Shown piece after piece: positions 1 through 10,260 of a stretch of DNA of 64,000 nucleotides. Source of the stretch: Wickerhamiella versatilis (lineage: Eukaryota). The notes beneath the pieces were generated by a model that was not told where the DNA came from, made no database searches, and saw nothing but the letters and a program-made list of their open reading frames with translations. The first letter of the stretch is position 1; each line of letters opens with the position of its first letter. The position numbers and the translations under genes were made by a program. The stretch lies in assembly GCA_030867685.1 (NCBI GenBank), contig JAQOWU010000008.1, positions 558,001 to 622,000 of the forward strand. The letters run 5' to 3'.

Positions 1-792
1 CTTATGAATGAGGGCAAATCGCATCGACAATGAATCTGCAATTGTGGTAGCTCTTTTAGCTCCGCCAGCATCAGGTGATACGATGACTGCATCGGTATAT
101 TCAGGAATAATCGCCCTGATGTATTGTTCTAGGAGGGGACGACCATAAAGATTATCAACCGGAATGTCAAAAAAGCCTTGATACCGTGCATCGTGTAAGT
201 CCAAGGTGATAACATGGTCGGTACCTGCACTTGTGAGAAGCGACGCTACGAGGGATCCGCTCTGAGCAATCCAATTTCTGTATCCGCTGTTATCCTCTGC
301 CACGGCATTCGTATCTGGAGACCTCTCGTGCACATGTGATTTAGGCAAGGGGAACTGGGGTAACGGCGAAGACGGGACTGGCAGGCGATGGTGATTATCA
401 CCAACCCGCGGAGTCGCTTCAACGTGGGGAGTATTTTCGCGGGTCTCCATTAGAAAGTGGGGAGTGCGTTTTGCACGCACCTTCGCATCATTAGCGGCGA
501 GTTGCCTGCTGTAAGGGAAGAGCGGAAGAACCGCAGTAACAGACTTTGCCGAGGCAGCCTTGCATGCAGATATCATAATAAGAAGCTCCATAAACATATC
601 ATTAACTTCACCGCATCCAGATTGAACGACAAACACCTGTTTATCCCGAACAGTATCCTGGATATTTATGCGTGTTTCGCCGTTGCTAAAAATTTCAGAG
701 TCCACACGTACTGGTCTTACATCCAGATAGTAACAAATACGCCGGACCAGGTCAGGGTTTGAGCTACCGCCTAGAACGACACAATCTCGCAT
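1..792 (-). CDS. PRS5: Ribose-phosphate pyrophosphokinase, PRS5-type with non-homologous insert; 3' end outside window
   Basis: Not in the ORF track; translated by hand from ATG 792: MRDCVVLGGSSNPDLV...FSNGET...VQSGCGEVNDMFMELLIMISACKAASA...LPLFPYSRQ, an insert, then GYRNWIAQSGSLVASLL...HVITLDLHD...GFFDIPVDNL...VSPDAGGAKRA. Confidence 0.88.
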   Translation of the reverse strand, partial: MRDCVVLGGSSNPDLVRRICYYLDVRPVRVDSEIFSNGETRINIQDTVRDKQVFVVQSGCGEVNDMFMELLIMISACKAASAKSVTAVLPLFPYSRQLAANDAKVRAKRTPHFLMETRENTPHVEATPRVGDNHHRLPVPSSPLPQFPLPKSHVHERSPDTNAVAEDNSGYRNWIAQSGSLVASLLTSAGTDHVITLDLHDARYQGFFDIPVDNLYGRPLLEQYIRAIIPEYTDAVIVSPDAGGAKRATTIADSLSMRFALIHK

Positions 793-1046
793 ATCTTTCG
801 TCGACACTTTCTTGGTTTGCAAACAATCCACTTCCTCTTGCTGACTCAGGAAATATTTCCAACCGATTAAATGGCCTTATTACCACTTTGATTACTGTTA
901 CGTTGAATGGGACCGAGCTCTATATCAATTGGGTAATTTTCCTATGTAGAATGTGCTGAATCAATGCTTTAAGATGAAGTTTCCACATACAACTAGGGTA
1001 GGGGGATCAAAACGTAATCTTGCGAATATAGCTCATCTCACACACC

Positions 1047-2054
1047 ATGCCTCGAGTAGTTAGTTTTGATGCTGAATTCTCAAAACTAGGAGAGCCAGAA
1101 ATTACGCTTCTAGCAGAATGTGATGTTCCATTTGCACATGAAGCGGGTGTTTGGCTTCCTTCAACAAGAGAGGTGTTTTATACGTCAGCGCAATATGATG
1201 TACATGGGGATCGTAGAGTGCTTCTAGGACTGATCGATCATGATACGGGGGCTATAAGAACAATTCTACCCAAGGATCCAATTGCTATGGGAAATGGTGC
1301 AGTTAATTTTGAGGGTGGGATTGTCGTTTGCCAACAAGGCCATCACGATACTGCGGGAGCGCTTAAATTTCTTGATCCTAAGGAACCTTGGACCGTCACC
1401 AACTTAGTGGACAATTTTTATGGCCAACCATTTAATGCACCCAATGATGTTGTGGTTCTTGCACTAGACAGGACCTTATGGTTTACTGACCCTGATTATG
1501 CTCAGATCCATCGGCTCCGATCACAGAAATGTTTGCCAAACATGGTATATTGTTACAACCCACGTAATAAAAGAATTCGGAGTGTGACAGATGAAATACG
1601 AACACCAAATGGCATAGCCTTTTCCCCGGACTATAAACTTTGCTACATTACTGATACTAGCGCCTACGGAGATTGCACATCCGTGAGCCCCGAGAGCAAT
1701 CCCTCAAAACCCCCCATTGTGCGGTGCAAGCCTTCAACTATTTATGTGTTTGATGTGGTTCTCTTACCAAAGGGTAGTGGCTATACGTTAGCCAACAAAC
1801 GACTGTTTGCGTTTTCCAGCAGTCCTGCCCCAGATGGAATTAAGGTCGACACGGATGGTAACGTTTATAGCGGATGTTCAGATGGTATCCATGTCTGGAA
1901 TCCGGATGGGGTGCTTCTTGGCAAGTATGAAATTGATGGCGGTGTAGCCAACTTCGTGTTTACCGACCCGGGCACAATAATTGCACTCAATGAAACGCGT
2001 ATCTACAAGATTACTGGCTTGACTACACGCGGTGCCCTAGATTATACTCTGTGA
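1047..2054 (+). CDS. SMP-30/gluconolactonase (SGL) family lactonase
   Basis: Motifs HEAGVW, FNAPNDVVV, WFTDP, PNGIAFSPD, PDGIKVDTDGNVY. Confidence 0.9.
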   Translation: MPRVVSFDAEFSKLGEPEITLLAECDVPFAHEAGVWLPSTREVFYTSAQYDVHGDRRVLLGLIDHDTGAIRTILPKDPIAMGNGAVNFEGGIVVCQQGHHDTAGALKFLDPKEPWTVTNLVDNFYGQPFNAPNDVVVLALDRTLWFTDPDYAQIHRLRSQKCLPNMVYCYNPRNKRIRSVTDEIRTPNGIAFSPDYKLCYITDTSAYGDCTSVSPESNPSKPPIVRCKPSTIYVFDVVLLPKGSGYTLANKRLFAFSSSPAPDGIKVDTDGNVYSGCSDGIHVWNPDGVLLGKYEIDGGVANFVFTDPGTIIALNETRIYKITGLTTRGALDYTL

Positions 2055-2116
2055 AATATGAATATGTGTATGTATATATACTTATATGAATATAGCACTA
2101 CTACTACTCTTTGGAT

Positions 2117-3427
2117 TCATTCATTCTTCAAGGCGTCTCTACGTAACTTGGACTTGGGATCGAAAAACGGGCGCTCTCCGACCGTCAATGACCGCAAACC
2201 TGTTCTGACCTGCAAGTTTTCATCTGAAAAATCGAGGTCTAAGATAGCTGAGTGGTAAGTGCTGCGGTTATCCCAAATTGCAATATCCCCATTGGACCAT
2301 TTATAACGGAGCTGTATCTCTGGAGAATTGTAGAGAAGATCGGACAAATACTTTCGAATGACTTCTGATTCTTCAGGAGTCACGCCATGGATACTGTGAA
2401 GATGGGAGCCTATGCCAAATATTGACTTCCAGCCTGTGGTGGGATTCGTGCGCACCAAGGGGTGTGTGGCCGTTGTATAGTCGCCAATATTTTCGGGTGC
2501 TCCCCGAGATGCACTGTAAAACGGAATATTTTGATGTGCAGCAGCATCCTTAAACACTGGTTGGTAAAATTCACCCTTCAAAGTCTCTAAATAGGAAAGG
2601 AACGAGGGACTGATCTTCTCAGCAAGAGCATACCCAGAAGCCCACAGGGTGTCACCACCAGATCCACCAACTGGTCCTCCACCAGGCCTTGCCAATTCTT
2701 CCGGAGTAGGATTTCCGCTCGGTGTTTCGATAATACGCAACGCGGAGAAACTAGCCGGTACAGGCTCAAACGTTATATCTGAATGGAACACGACATCAGT
2801 ACCTTTCGAGCCACGTCCAGGACGTGTGCCCTTCTCGTCCTTGTAGAAGGTCTTACGCAATTTCGAGTTGATGAAGAATATTTCAGGGTCGATATGGTCT
2901 CCGGTGGAGTCAAGTAATCCTCCGGCAAGCGCAATGGGGTGAATATGTAGCCCATTCCCCTTTGGTCGCCCAGCAGCATCACCCAGTTTGTGGGTAAGTT
3001 TCTTCTGGTCCTCGATGGTGAGATCTGTTTGGTTCTTGAAAAATACCACACCTCGCTCTGCAATTGTCACGGCGAGATCATGAACCAAATCGTCATCCTC
3101 AAGGATATCGGACAATCGTGCATTCCAGATCTCACGTCCAAGGGGAGGCGTGACCTCAGTGTACTTATAGGTCGTATCAAGTTTACCTGTCTTGCGTTTG
3201 GGCTCGTACGACTTCAGCACCGAGGGACCCTGATCGGGAGTAGCAGCATATGGTGAGGGTCCTGTGCGCTGCTCTTCAATTGGCTGAATATCGAATGGCT
3301 TCTTATCGTCCTGGTAGAATACATACTTGAAAGTGAGCTCTTCAGTAGTCTCAGCACGTTTACCCTTTTTGGAGGATTCTGCTGGATTATTATTTATAGC
3401 TGCACCTGTTGTTAGCGTAGGAGCCAT
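2117..3427 (-). CDS. JLP1: TauD-family Fe(II)/2-oxoglutarate sulfonate dioxygenase (JLP1-like)
   Basis: HSDITFE (HxD), GGDTLWASGY, HPLVRTNP, WDNRSTYH; first ATG at 3427. Confidence 0.85.
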   Translation of the reverse strand: MAPTLTTGAAINNNPAESSKKGKRAETTEELTFKYVFYQDDKKPFDIQPIEEQRTGPSPYAATPDQGPSVLKSYEPKRKTGKLDTTYKYTEVTPPLGREIWNARLSDILEDDDLVHDLAVTIAERGVVFFKNQTDLTIEDQKKLTHKLGDAAGRPKGNGLHIHPIALAGGLLDSTGDHIDPEIFFINSKLRKTFYKDEKGTRPGRGSKGTDVVFHSDITFEPVPASFSALRIIETPSGNPTPEELARPGGGPVGGSGGDTLWASGYALAEKISPSFLSYLETLKGEFYQPVFKDAAAHQNIPFYSASRGAPENIGDYTTATHPLVRTNPTTGWKSIFGIGSHLHSIHGVTPEESEVIRKYLSDLLYNSPEIQLRYKWSNGDIAIWDNRSTYHSAILDLDFSDENLQVRTGLRSLTVGERPFFDPKSKLRRDALKNE

Positions 3428-3478
3428 GAGCAAAACGGTAAAACTTCCTGAGATAAGCTAGCGGATCGAGTATTATAC

Positions 3479-4193
3479 CTGTGGAGAAGTTCGATCGTGC
3501 AAATGCACGTGACACAACGCCATTCTAATTGATATGGGCAATGGGGCCCAGTCCTATAATATCTATATATTTCCAGATTAGCGGCAAGTTAGCAAGAAAT
3601 GACAATGTAAATAGGAGAATTCTACTTTTTTTTCTATTGGATTGCGCGCAATGCAACACAAATGCATCCATAGATCGATATCATATCTTCACCTAGAGCA
3701 CGTGACCTATTACGGCATTCGATAGAATCAATTATAAGAGGTATCACAAGCTATGAAGCACGTTCGCATAGATTTTGCCTAGAGATCAGAGACTAGAGGC
3801 ACAGGAAGGTTTGGTTTTATTTATTTGCTGACTTAGAAAAGTCTCTGTTATTCAAAGCAAGGAGCATTAACTTTTCCCGTGGCTTCTTGCCAACCTGTGA
3901 AGGGAAGGAAAGCTCACTCAAAATGTAGTGAATTATACATGAATGAATGAATATACGGAATAAATACACCATGGTAATTTACACACGAGTTTAAAGAGAA
4001 GTTGGGTTAAACGGTCCTCCATTGACTAGCCTAGTCAACAATTTGCCGATATAATTTTGTTGATCTGGAATATGGTATTTGCTACCTAGCAACTATACAG
4101 CGCTTAGGTTCTCATGGTCCGTATGGTTGCGCTTTGAAGACCTGATTAATGGCGCGCGAACATCCTGCATGAACGTCAATTGCATCACGTGAT
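3479..4193. promoter_or_regulatory. Cbf1-type E-boxes and a Met31/32-like core upstream of the sulfonate dioxygenase
   Basis: CACGTGAC at 3506 and 3699, ATCACGTGAT at 4184, CTGTGG at 3479. Confidence 0.5.
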
Positions 4194-4353
4194 ACTAATA
4201 TAGGTTCCTAGTGCGGCAGTTCCACCTATAAGGCAGGAACAAACACAAGTGGAAAGTGAATAATTCACAGAGAATTGAATTGACTCATAAAATTGTGACA
4301 GCTTCTAACACCCTAATTTTGTACCCACAAATCACCTGGGTCAGTGGTGCGTA

Positions 4354-5427
4354 ATGAATTCTGAAACACATCCTGCGCAAACTTACTTTCCCAGGTTGTT
4401 GCCACCTGAGGACAGCATGAAAAGTGATTCGAGTGAGGCCCTTTGGTCCAAGCCATCACGGTTAAGTGTGCGCTGGTCCACAAGATTTAGTCGGCGAAAG
4501 CGCCATCACTCAGAGTTATCCAATTCTGGGAGTGGGTCCAAGGATAGTATTCCCACAATTTCCACTCCACGTTTGACAGCGAGCTCATTGAGCGGGACGC
4601 TAATTGAGGATCTCAGAAGTATCAAGTGCTCTCACCAGAATGAAGACCGTCGTGGAACAGCAATACCTGAACATCTCGGGTCGATACCTGAACAGACCCA
4701 AGCAGCGTCAAGACCATCATCCCCGATAGCAATCTCAAAGCCCCCACGAGTTGAGTTCGAGCGCAGGACGTCGAGCCTTATCAACTTATTTCTTAATGAA
4801 GAAGACTGCTTCGATTTTGAATTCGAGAAAGCATCCGAGTCACTACCAGGTGAGCGAGACAGTCGCCCGCCTGAGGGATCAACAGGTCAGAAAGGAGGGA
4901 TTGCTCGTACATCCAATAGTACATTGTCAATAGCATCGCAGGCATCAAGCGAACCATCAACTCAGAATACTGAGCCATCGCCAGAGCCTGTGAAATCCGA
5001 TGTGCGAAAAATCCGGTCCATTCCTACCTGGCGGTCAAATCAACATATAGGAATTCACCGACTAAACACAAACTTTACAGCTCCAGACCATACAGCGAGC
5101 AGGGCAGGGGAGTCGCAGCGGACCTCGTCAATTAAATCACCGGTGCCCAAAGCATCTGGTCCGGAGCTTTTGGAGATGCCAATTGAGCAGCTGAAGCCAT
5201 TAATTGTGAGCCCGGAGAGCTTCGCTGAATATCGTGAGGCAATGAACCGGCTCGATCAATCCCGCAGAGTTCAAATCGAGCAACTACAGAACAGGGTGAA
5301 GGAGCTGGAGAACTTTCCGCGAAACCGCATAAGTAATACTCCATCAGACTGTACTTCGCCCAAAGAAACCCATCCAAGAAGCCGTATTCATGGTCTCCAA
5401 CCGATACTGCCCATTGCTAGAATATAA
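4354..5427 (+). CDS. Hypothetical Ser/Pro-rich, probably disordered protein with a short C-terminal coiled coil
   Basis: 357-codon ATG-initiated ORF; no domain recognised. Confidence 0.65.
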   Translation: MNSETHPAQTYFPRLLPPEDSMKSDSSEALWSKPSRLSVRWSTRFSRRKRHHSELSNSGSGSKDSIPTISTPRLTASSLSGTLIEDLRSIKCSHQNEDRRGTAIPEHLGSIPEQTQAASRPSSPIAISKPPRVEFERRTSSLINLFLNEEDCFDFEFEKASESLPGERDSRPPEGSTGQKGGIARTSNSTLSIASQASSEPSTQNTEPSPEPVKSDVRKIRSIPTWRSNQHIGIHRLNTNFTAPDHTASRAGESQRTSSIKSPVPKASGPELLEMPIEQLKPLIVSPESFAEYREAMNRLDQSRRVQIEQLQNRVKELENFPRNRISNTPSDCTSPKETHPRSRIHGLQPILPIARI

Positions 5428-5716
5428 TCCCCATGACTTACTATGTAATACTCACTATTTACTCCATGTTCATCAGTATTAATTAGCAAAGGTGGAAGAA
5501 GCACAAGACACAGCTGACGATTTGTTGTGCCTGTATTAATACTGAGATATCTGCGTTCATCGTGATTGTGAAACAGGACAGGTCGATAATTGCCAGCGCT
5601 ACGGAATGTCCCCACTGCCAACTCTAATGTAGAGACTGAGCCAGCACTTTCAGTTTCTATTCTATAACTCACAACAGAAGTAATAAGAAAGGCAGGAGAA
5701 CTATGTTTTTCTCCAC

Positions 5717-5741
5717 TTAAATTAAATTAAATCAAATTAAA
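5717..5741. repeat. (TTAAA)n pentamer microsatellite, 5 units with one variant
   Basis: TTAAA TTAAA TTAAA TCAAA TTAAA upstream of RPN2. Confidence 0.7.
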
Positions 5742-5822
5742 TATATGATTCTTCTTTGTATTTGGTCCTGAGAGATTGTAGGTCACCTCACCTGCTTACT
5801 ACTACAACACATATTGCCACCC

Positions 5823-8525
5823 ATGGCGTTAACAACGCCTATGTTGGCGCTCCTCAATGAGCCAGACAACGCGCTTAAAGAATATGCTCTGCGCACGTTA
5901 GACTCTCGTGTTGATGAAATTTGGCCCGAAATAGCAGATCATATACCTCTTGTCGAAGAGTTGTATGAGGACACCGAGTTTCCAGCACATGAGTTGGCGG
6001 CCTTGTTGGTATCAAAGGTATATTTTAACCTTGGGGACTTAGACGCTAGTGTCAAATTTGCTCTTGCAGCTGGCAGCGTTCTTGATCTTGGCCAGAAAAA
6101 TGAATATGTGGATACCGTGACCGCTCACGCTATTCGTACGTATGTGAGTCAACGGCAGGCCGCTGTAGACAGTGGAGAAGTCCCAAAGGATGATGAATAT
6201 CTTACACGAATTGTTGAAAGTATCTTGGCAGGCAGCGTACAGCCCTCGCTGGCTATAGGTATCTCACTTGAGGCCCGCCGGCTAGACCTAGTGGAGAAAA
6301 TGATGCGTGAAGAAGACTACGAATTTGTTTTGAATGCATCAATACGCCTTGTAGATAACAGGAACTTCCGAATAAAGGTTTTGAGAATGCTTTCGCAACA
6401 TCTTTTTGAGCGGGAAAAACAAGACTATGTGCTTCTGACAAAAATCATAATCATTCTTGACGATCCTGAGCTTGCTATTTCTCTGTTTCACAAGCTTGAG
6501 GATAAGCCGGCAGTCGCCTACCAGGTTGCTTTCGATTTAGTTGCAACAGCATCCCAAGAGCTGCTGGAAAAGACGGCTCAAGCATTCAATACCAGTGGTC
6601 GGCGGTGGCATGCTCGGATTGTTAGAATTCTTAGCGGTGTGCCAACTTGTGACCTGGAAGTTACTTTCTTGGAAAGACATAACCATGCAGATCAGACAGT
6701 TCTCAGCCGTACCAAGGCTTCGCTAGATGCAAGGAATTCACTCTTCCATTCGGCAGTGTCGTTCCAAAATGCTTTTCTGCATCTAGGTACTACCGCTGAT
6801 CAATTTTTCCGGCAAAATGTTGAGTGGCTAGGTAAGGCTACACACTGGACACAATTTACTGCGACGGCAGCGCTGGGCGTGATCCACCGCGGAAATCTCA
6901 CGCGTGGTCAACGCGTATTACAACCTTATTTTGCAGGTGATGGCGGAGTTTACAGCAAATCAGGTGCTCTTTATGGTCTTGGTTTGGTATTCGCAGGCTT
7001 TGGCAAGGAGGTTCTGGACCAGTTGACCAAGAACTTAGATGCTGAGAGCGATGGGGAGGACGGTGATATCGTTTTGCATGGTGCTTGCCTAGGTGTATCT
7101 CTTGCTGCAATGAGAACACAAAACTCAGAAGTCTATGCCAAGCTTCGCGAGGTTGTTTATACCGATTCTGCTGTAAGCGGTCAAGCTGCTGGATTAGCGA
7201 TGGGCCTTGTGATGCTTGGATCCCGGTCTGAAACAGCTGAAAGCGAAATGCTTCAGTATGCTCGCGATACTCAACACGAAAAAATTATTCGGAGTTTAGC
7301 ACTGGGAATTGCTCTGCTCAATTACGGCAAAGAGGAAGCGAGTGACAAGATAATCGACACTCTCTTGGCTGACCAGGAACCTATTTTGAGGTATGGTGGT
7401 TGCTTTACTGTTGCTCTAGCATACGCCGGCACAGGAAATAACAAAGCTATTAGACGCCTGCTGCACACTGCGGTCGCCGATTCTAGTGATGATGTTCGCC
7501 GCGCTGCAATGCTTGGTCTCGGCTTTATAATGCTCCGTAACCCAGCGGCATTGCCTAAAATGGTTGACTTATTGTCCGAGTCCCACAATCCTCATGTGCG
7601 ATATGGTACTACATTAGCTATCGGAATCGCCTGTGCTGGTACTGGCATGTCGGCAGCTGTAGACGTTGTGGAGCCAATGATGAAGGATCCTGTGGATTTT
7701 GTTCGACAGGGTGCTATGATCGCTCTGGCTATGATTTTGGTGCAGCAAACGCCTGCTAAGAATATGCGCGAGACCTTCTTAAATGTTGTGAAGGATAAGA
7801 AGGAGGATGGGCTGGCAAAATTTGGTGGTGCATTGGCCCTCGGAATCATCGATGCTGGTGGATGCAATGCGACAATCACCTTAGAGCACAAGCAAACATC
7901 TAACCTTAACATGAAGGCTGTTGCAGGGCTAGCTGTGTTCCTTCAATACTGGTATTGGTTCCCATTTGCCCACTTTTGTAGTCTAGCATTTACTCCCACC
8001 ACGGTAACGTGTGTTCGAGAGGATCTAAAAATCCCAGATTTCAACCTGATATGCTCTGCTCCTGCTCGTGAGTTCGACTATCCACCGAAGCTGGAGGAGC
8101 CGAATGCAAAAGCACCAGAGCAAATAGTCTCGGCAATCCTGAGCACTACTCTCAAATCTCGCAGAAAGAAGAAGAGTGGAAAACGTAAGGAACCAGAATC
8201 TTCTCAAGATAAAAAGGAGAAAGAAAAGACAAAATCAGAGGAGGAGGTTAAAGAGGAACAAAAGAAGGATGAACCTCAGTTCAGTCTACCAAACATGAGC
8301 CGTGTGGTACCCTGGCAAAGAAGATTTGTGCACTTCCCTGATGATTCACGGTTCATACCGATGGCCAACCGCACAGAACCTGCTGGCGTCCTAGTGGTTT
8401 CAGATACAAAACCTGATGAGGAGATAACCTTCATTGAGACACAGCGACAAGCTCTATCCAACGGAGAGGATGTTGATGAGGCCCCGGTGCCAGCGCCTTT
8501 CCGCATACCAGTTGACGTCAACTAG
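5823..8525 (+). CDS. RPN2: 26S proteasome regulatory subunit Rpn2
   Basis: PC repeats (LRYGGCFTVALAYAGTGNNKAIRRLLH, DDVRRAA, NPHVRYG), QYWYWFP; first ATG at 5823. Confidence 0.97.
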   Translation: MALTTPMLALLNEPDNALKEYALRTLDSRVDEIWPEIADHIPLVEELYEDTEFPAHELAALLVSKVYFNLGDLDASVKFALAAGSVLDLGQKNEYVDTVTAHAIRTYVSQRQAAVDSGEVPKDDEYLTRIVESILAGSVQPSLAIGISLEARRLDLVEKMMREEDYEFVLNASIRLVDNRNFRIKVLRMLSQHLFEREKQDYVLLTKIIIILDDPELAISLFHKLEDKPAVAYQVAFDLVATASQELLEKTAQAFNTSGRRWHARIVRILSGVPTCDLEVTFLERHNHADQTVLSRTKASLDARNSLFHSAVSFQNAFLHLGTTADQFFRQNVEWLGKATHWTQFTATAALGVIHRGNLTRGQRVLQPYFAGDGGVYSKSGALYGLGLVFAGFGKEVLDQLTKNLDAESDGEDGDIVLHGACLGVSLAAMRTQNSEVYAKLREVVYTDSAVSGQAAGLAMGLVMLGSRSETAESEMLQYARDTQHEKIIRSLALGIALLNYGKEEASDKIIDTLLADQEPILRYGGCFTVALAYAGTGNNKAIRRLLHTAVADSSDDVRRAAMLGLGFIMLRNPAALPKMVDLLSESHNPHVRYGTTLAIGIACAGTGMSAAVDVVEPMMKDPVDFVRQGAMIALAMILVQQTPAKNMRETFLNVVKDKKEDGLAKFGGALALGIIDAGGCNATITLEHKQTSNLNMKAVAGLAVFLQYWYWFPFAHFCSLAFTPTTVTCVREDLKIPDFNLICSAPAREFDYPPKLEEPNAKAPEQIVSAILSTTLKSRRKKKSGKRKEPESSQDKKEKEKTKSEEEVKEEQKKDEPQFSLPNMSRVVPWQRRFVHFPDDSRFIPMANRTEPAGVLVVSDTKPDEEITFIETQRQALSNGEDVDEAPVPAPFRIPVDVN

Positions 8526-8622
8526 TTAGTTACTTAGTATAGTATTAGCTAGAAAGTATGCTTGTAGTAAATGATACTACTTAACTCTTGTTTATAATAA
8601 GGCCTCGTTTGCCAAGTTGCTA

Positions 8623-10146
8623 TTAACGTTTGTGGAAACGACGAAGGGCAGCGCCTTCTTCTTTTTCTTGCTCCATTCCGTTCATCGCACGGTGTGAGCG
8701 TTGCCGAGCTTTTTTCTCGAGTTCCAAAGCTTTCTGAATATGGAGTTTTCGCTCATCCATCACGTTCTTGGCTTTCTTTCGAAGCAGGCGGCGAACTGCA
8801 GAATTTTTGCCGGATACTTTGCGGGGATTCATTTTTGCTTCAGCAGCAGCAGCCTCTGCTTTCTTAGCTTCCTCAACCTGTGCTGCAGACAACCTTTCTG
8901 AGCGGGATCGTCGATCGACCTCACCAATATGGCCTGGGTCGAGCGCTATCATGTCAGGCTGCAACTTTTCCAGCAAATGCTTAACCTGAGTTTCACGACG
9001 TGTAGTACGTGAAGCATAACTGTAGGGATTAATTTCGAGCGCGTCAATATTTGCCTCGCCTGCACCGGGGGCTATGATACTGTCAAACCCACTGGAGTGG
9101 CCAATGCCCAGAACATCTTCGAACGGACAAAAAGCTACTTTTCTAACTTCCTCACCAGGAAGAGGAAAATTCATATAAGGAGCACTGACTTTTGGTCCCG
9201 TGCGAGTAAGGACATCTTTCCAAATTTGAACATGTGAGCCCCATCCTACTGCTAATAGGCCTGTTTGGCTGATATTGACTGAGGATGCAGGTCTTGGTGA
9301 GTAGTAACTCTCTAAGACCTTGAAATTTCGAATATCCCAAATTTTCACAGACCTGTCTAAGCCTGCAGCTGCCATGTAGTTGCCAGTTCGATCCACAGAA
9401 AGGGCCTGCACAGGACCTCGCGCTGACTGTAGTTTAACTAGAGGTTCAGGCATCGAAGGTGCCCACAGCGTAACAGTACCATTAGCATGGCCAGTATGTA
9501 CAACTGCATTCCAAGGATTGTGGCAAAGGCTTCTAGTAGGTCCCAGCTTAGATCGTAGTTCTGAAACTAGCTGCCCTGTGGACACATCATGATACTTAAT
9601 GAATCCAGTGTTACCAGCACTTACAAGGAGATAGTGATAGGGAAGATAGTCAAGCTTTGTGGCTTCAATGTGGTTTTTCAACTGATGAATTTCTGAGCCC
9701 GATTTACCATCATAGATATAAACGTACTTTTTTTGAGCCACTGCAAAGTATTCTTGATCATTCTGCAAAAATGTAGCATCGTGAACAGTCTCACCCAAGT
9801 GCAGCTCACAATTTTGCTCGCCTGTTTTCCAGTTGAACGAAGCCACATGACCTTTCATTCCCGCTAGAAGAGCATGATTTCCTGTGCTGCTATACCTGCA
9901 CCCATATGGTCCAAGTTGGGGAAGTTTCAACGATATTCTTTTTTTCCTCATGCTCGTATCGACACTGGCAAGAATTTCGTCTTGCGTGACTTTGAAGGTT
10001 TTATCCATTTCGGTTTCTGGTTGGAGAAATCCAGACTGCTCGACAAGTAGAGCATCAGTACTTGCACTTTCTTTTGCTGCACGAGCTAATTGCTCATTTT
10101 GCCGTCTCAAATCGGCTCTTAATTTGCGATCCCTGGGTCGGGCCAT
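8623..10146 (-). CDS. UTP7: U3 snoRNP WD40 protein Utp7 (WDR46)
   Basis: WD repeats, LPYHYLL, BING4CT-like FCPFEDVLGIGHS...PGAGEANIDALEINPY. Confidence 0.95.
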   Translation of the reverse strand: MARPRDRKLRADLRRQNEQLARAAKESASTDALLVEQSGFLQPETEMDKTFKVTQDEILASVDTSMRKKRISLKLPQLGPYGCRYSSTGNHALLAGMKGHVASFNWKTGEQNCELHLGETVHDATFLQNDQEYFAVAQKKYVYIYDGKSGSEIHQLKNHIEATKLDYLPYHYLLVSAGNTGFIKYHDVSTGQLVSELRSKLGPTRSLCHNPWNAVVHTGHANGTVTLWAPSMPEPLVKLQSARGPVQALSVDRTGNYMAAAGLDRSVKIWDIRNFKVLESYYSPRPASSVNISQTGLLAVGWGSHVQIWKDVLTRTGPKVSAPYMNFPLPGEEVRKVAFCPFEDVLGIGHSSGFDSIIAPGAGEANIDALEINPYSYASRTTRRETQVKHLLEKLQPDMIALDPGHIGEVDRRSRSERLSAAQVEEAKKAEAAAAEAKMNPRKVSGKNSAVRRLLRKKAKNVMDERKLHIQKALELEKKARQRSHRAMNGMEQEKEEGAALRRFHKR

Positions 10147-10260
10147 GTTAGCAGCAGGATGGCACAGTGAAATATAAAAAATTATATAAGCAAGTCATCT
10201 CTAGACAAAATGTTCCTCTAACTTTATTCCTCTCCTATAATATATAGATTACTTATGAGA

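Noticed and set aside
457-959. Plus-strand ORFs of 101 and 66 aa
   Set aside because: Antisense to PRS5 with non-ATG starts; the same reasoning applies to the many short ORFs nested in or antisense to conserved genes
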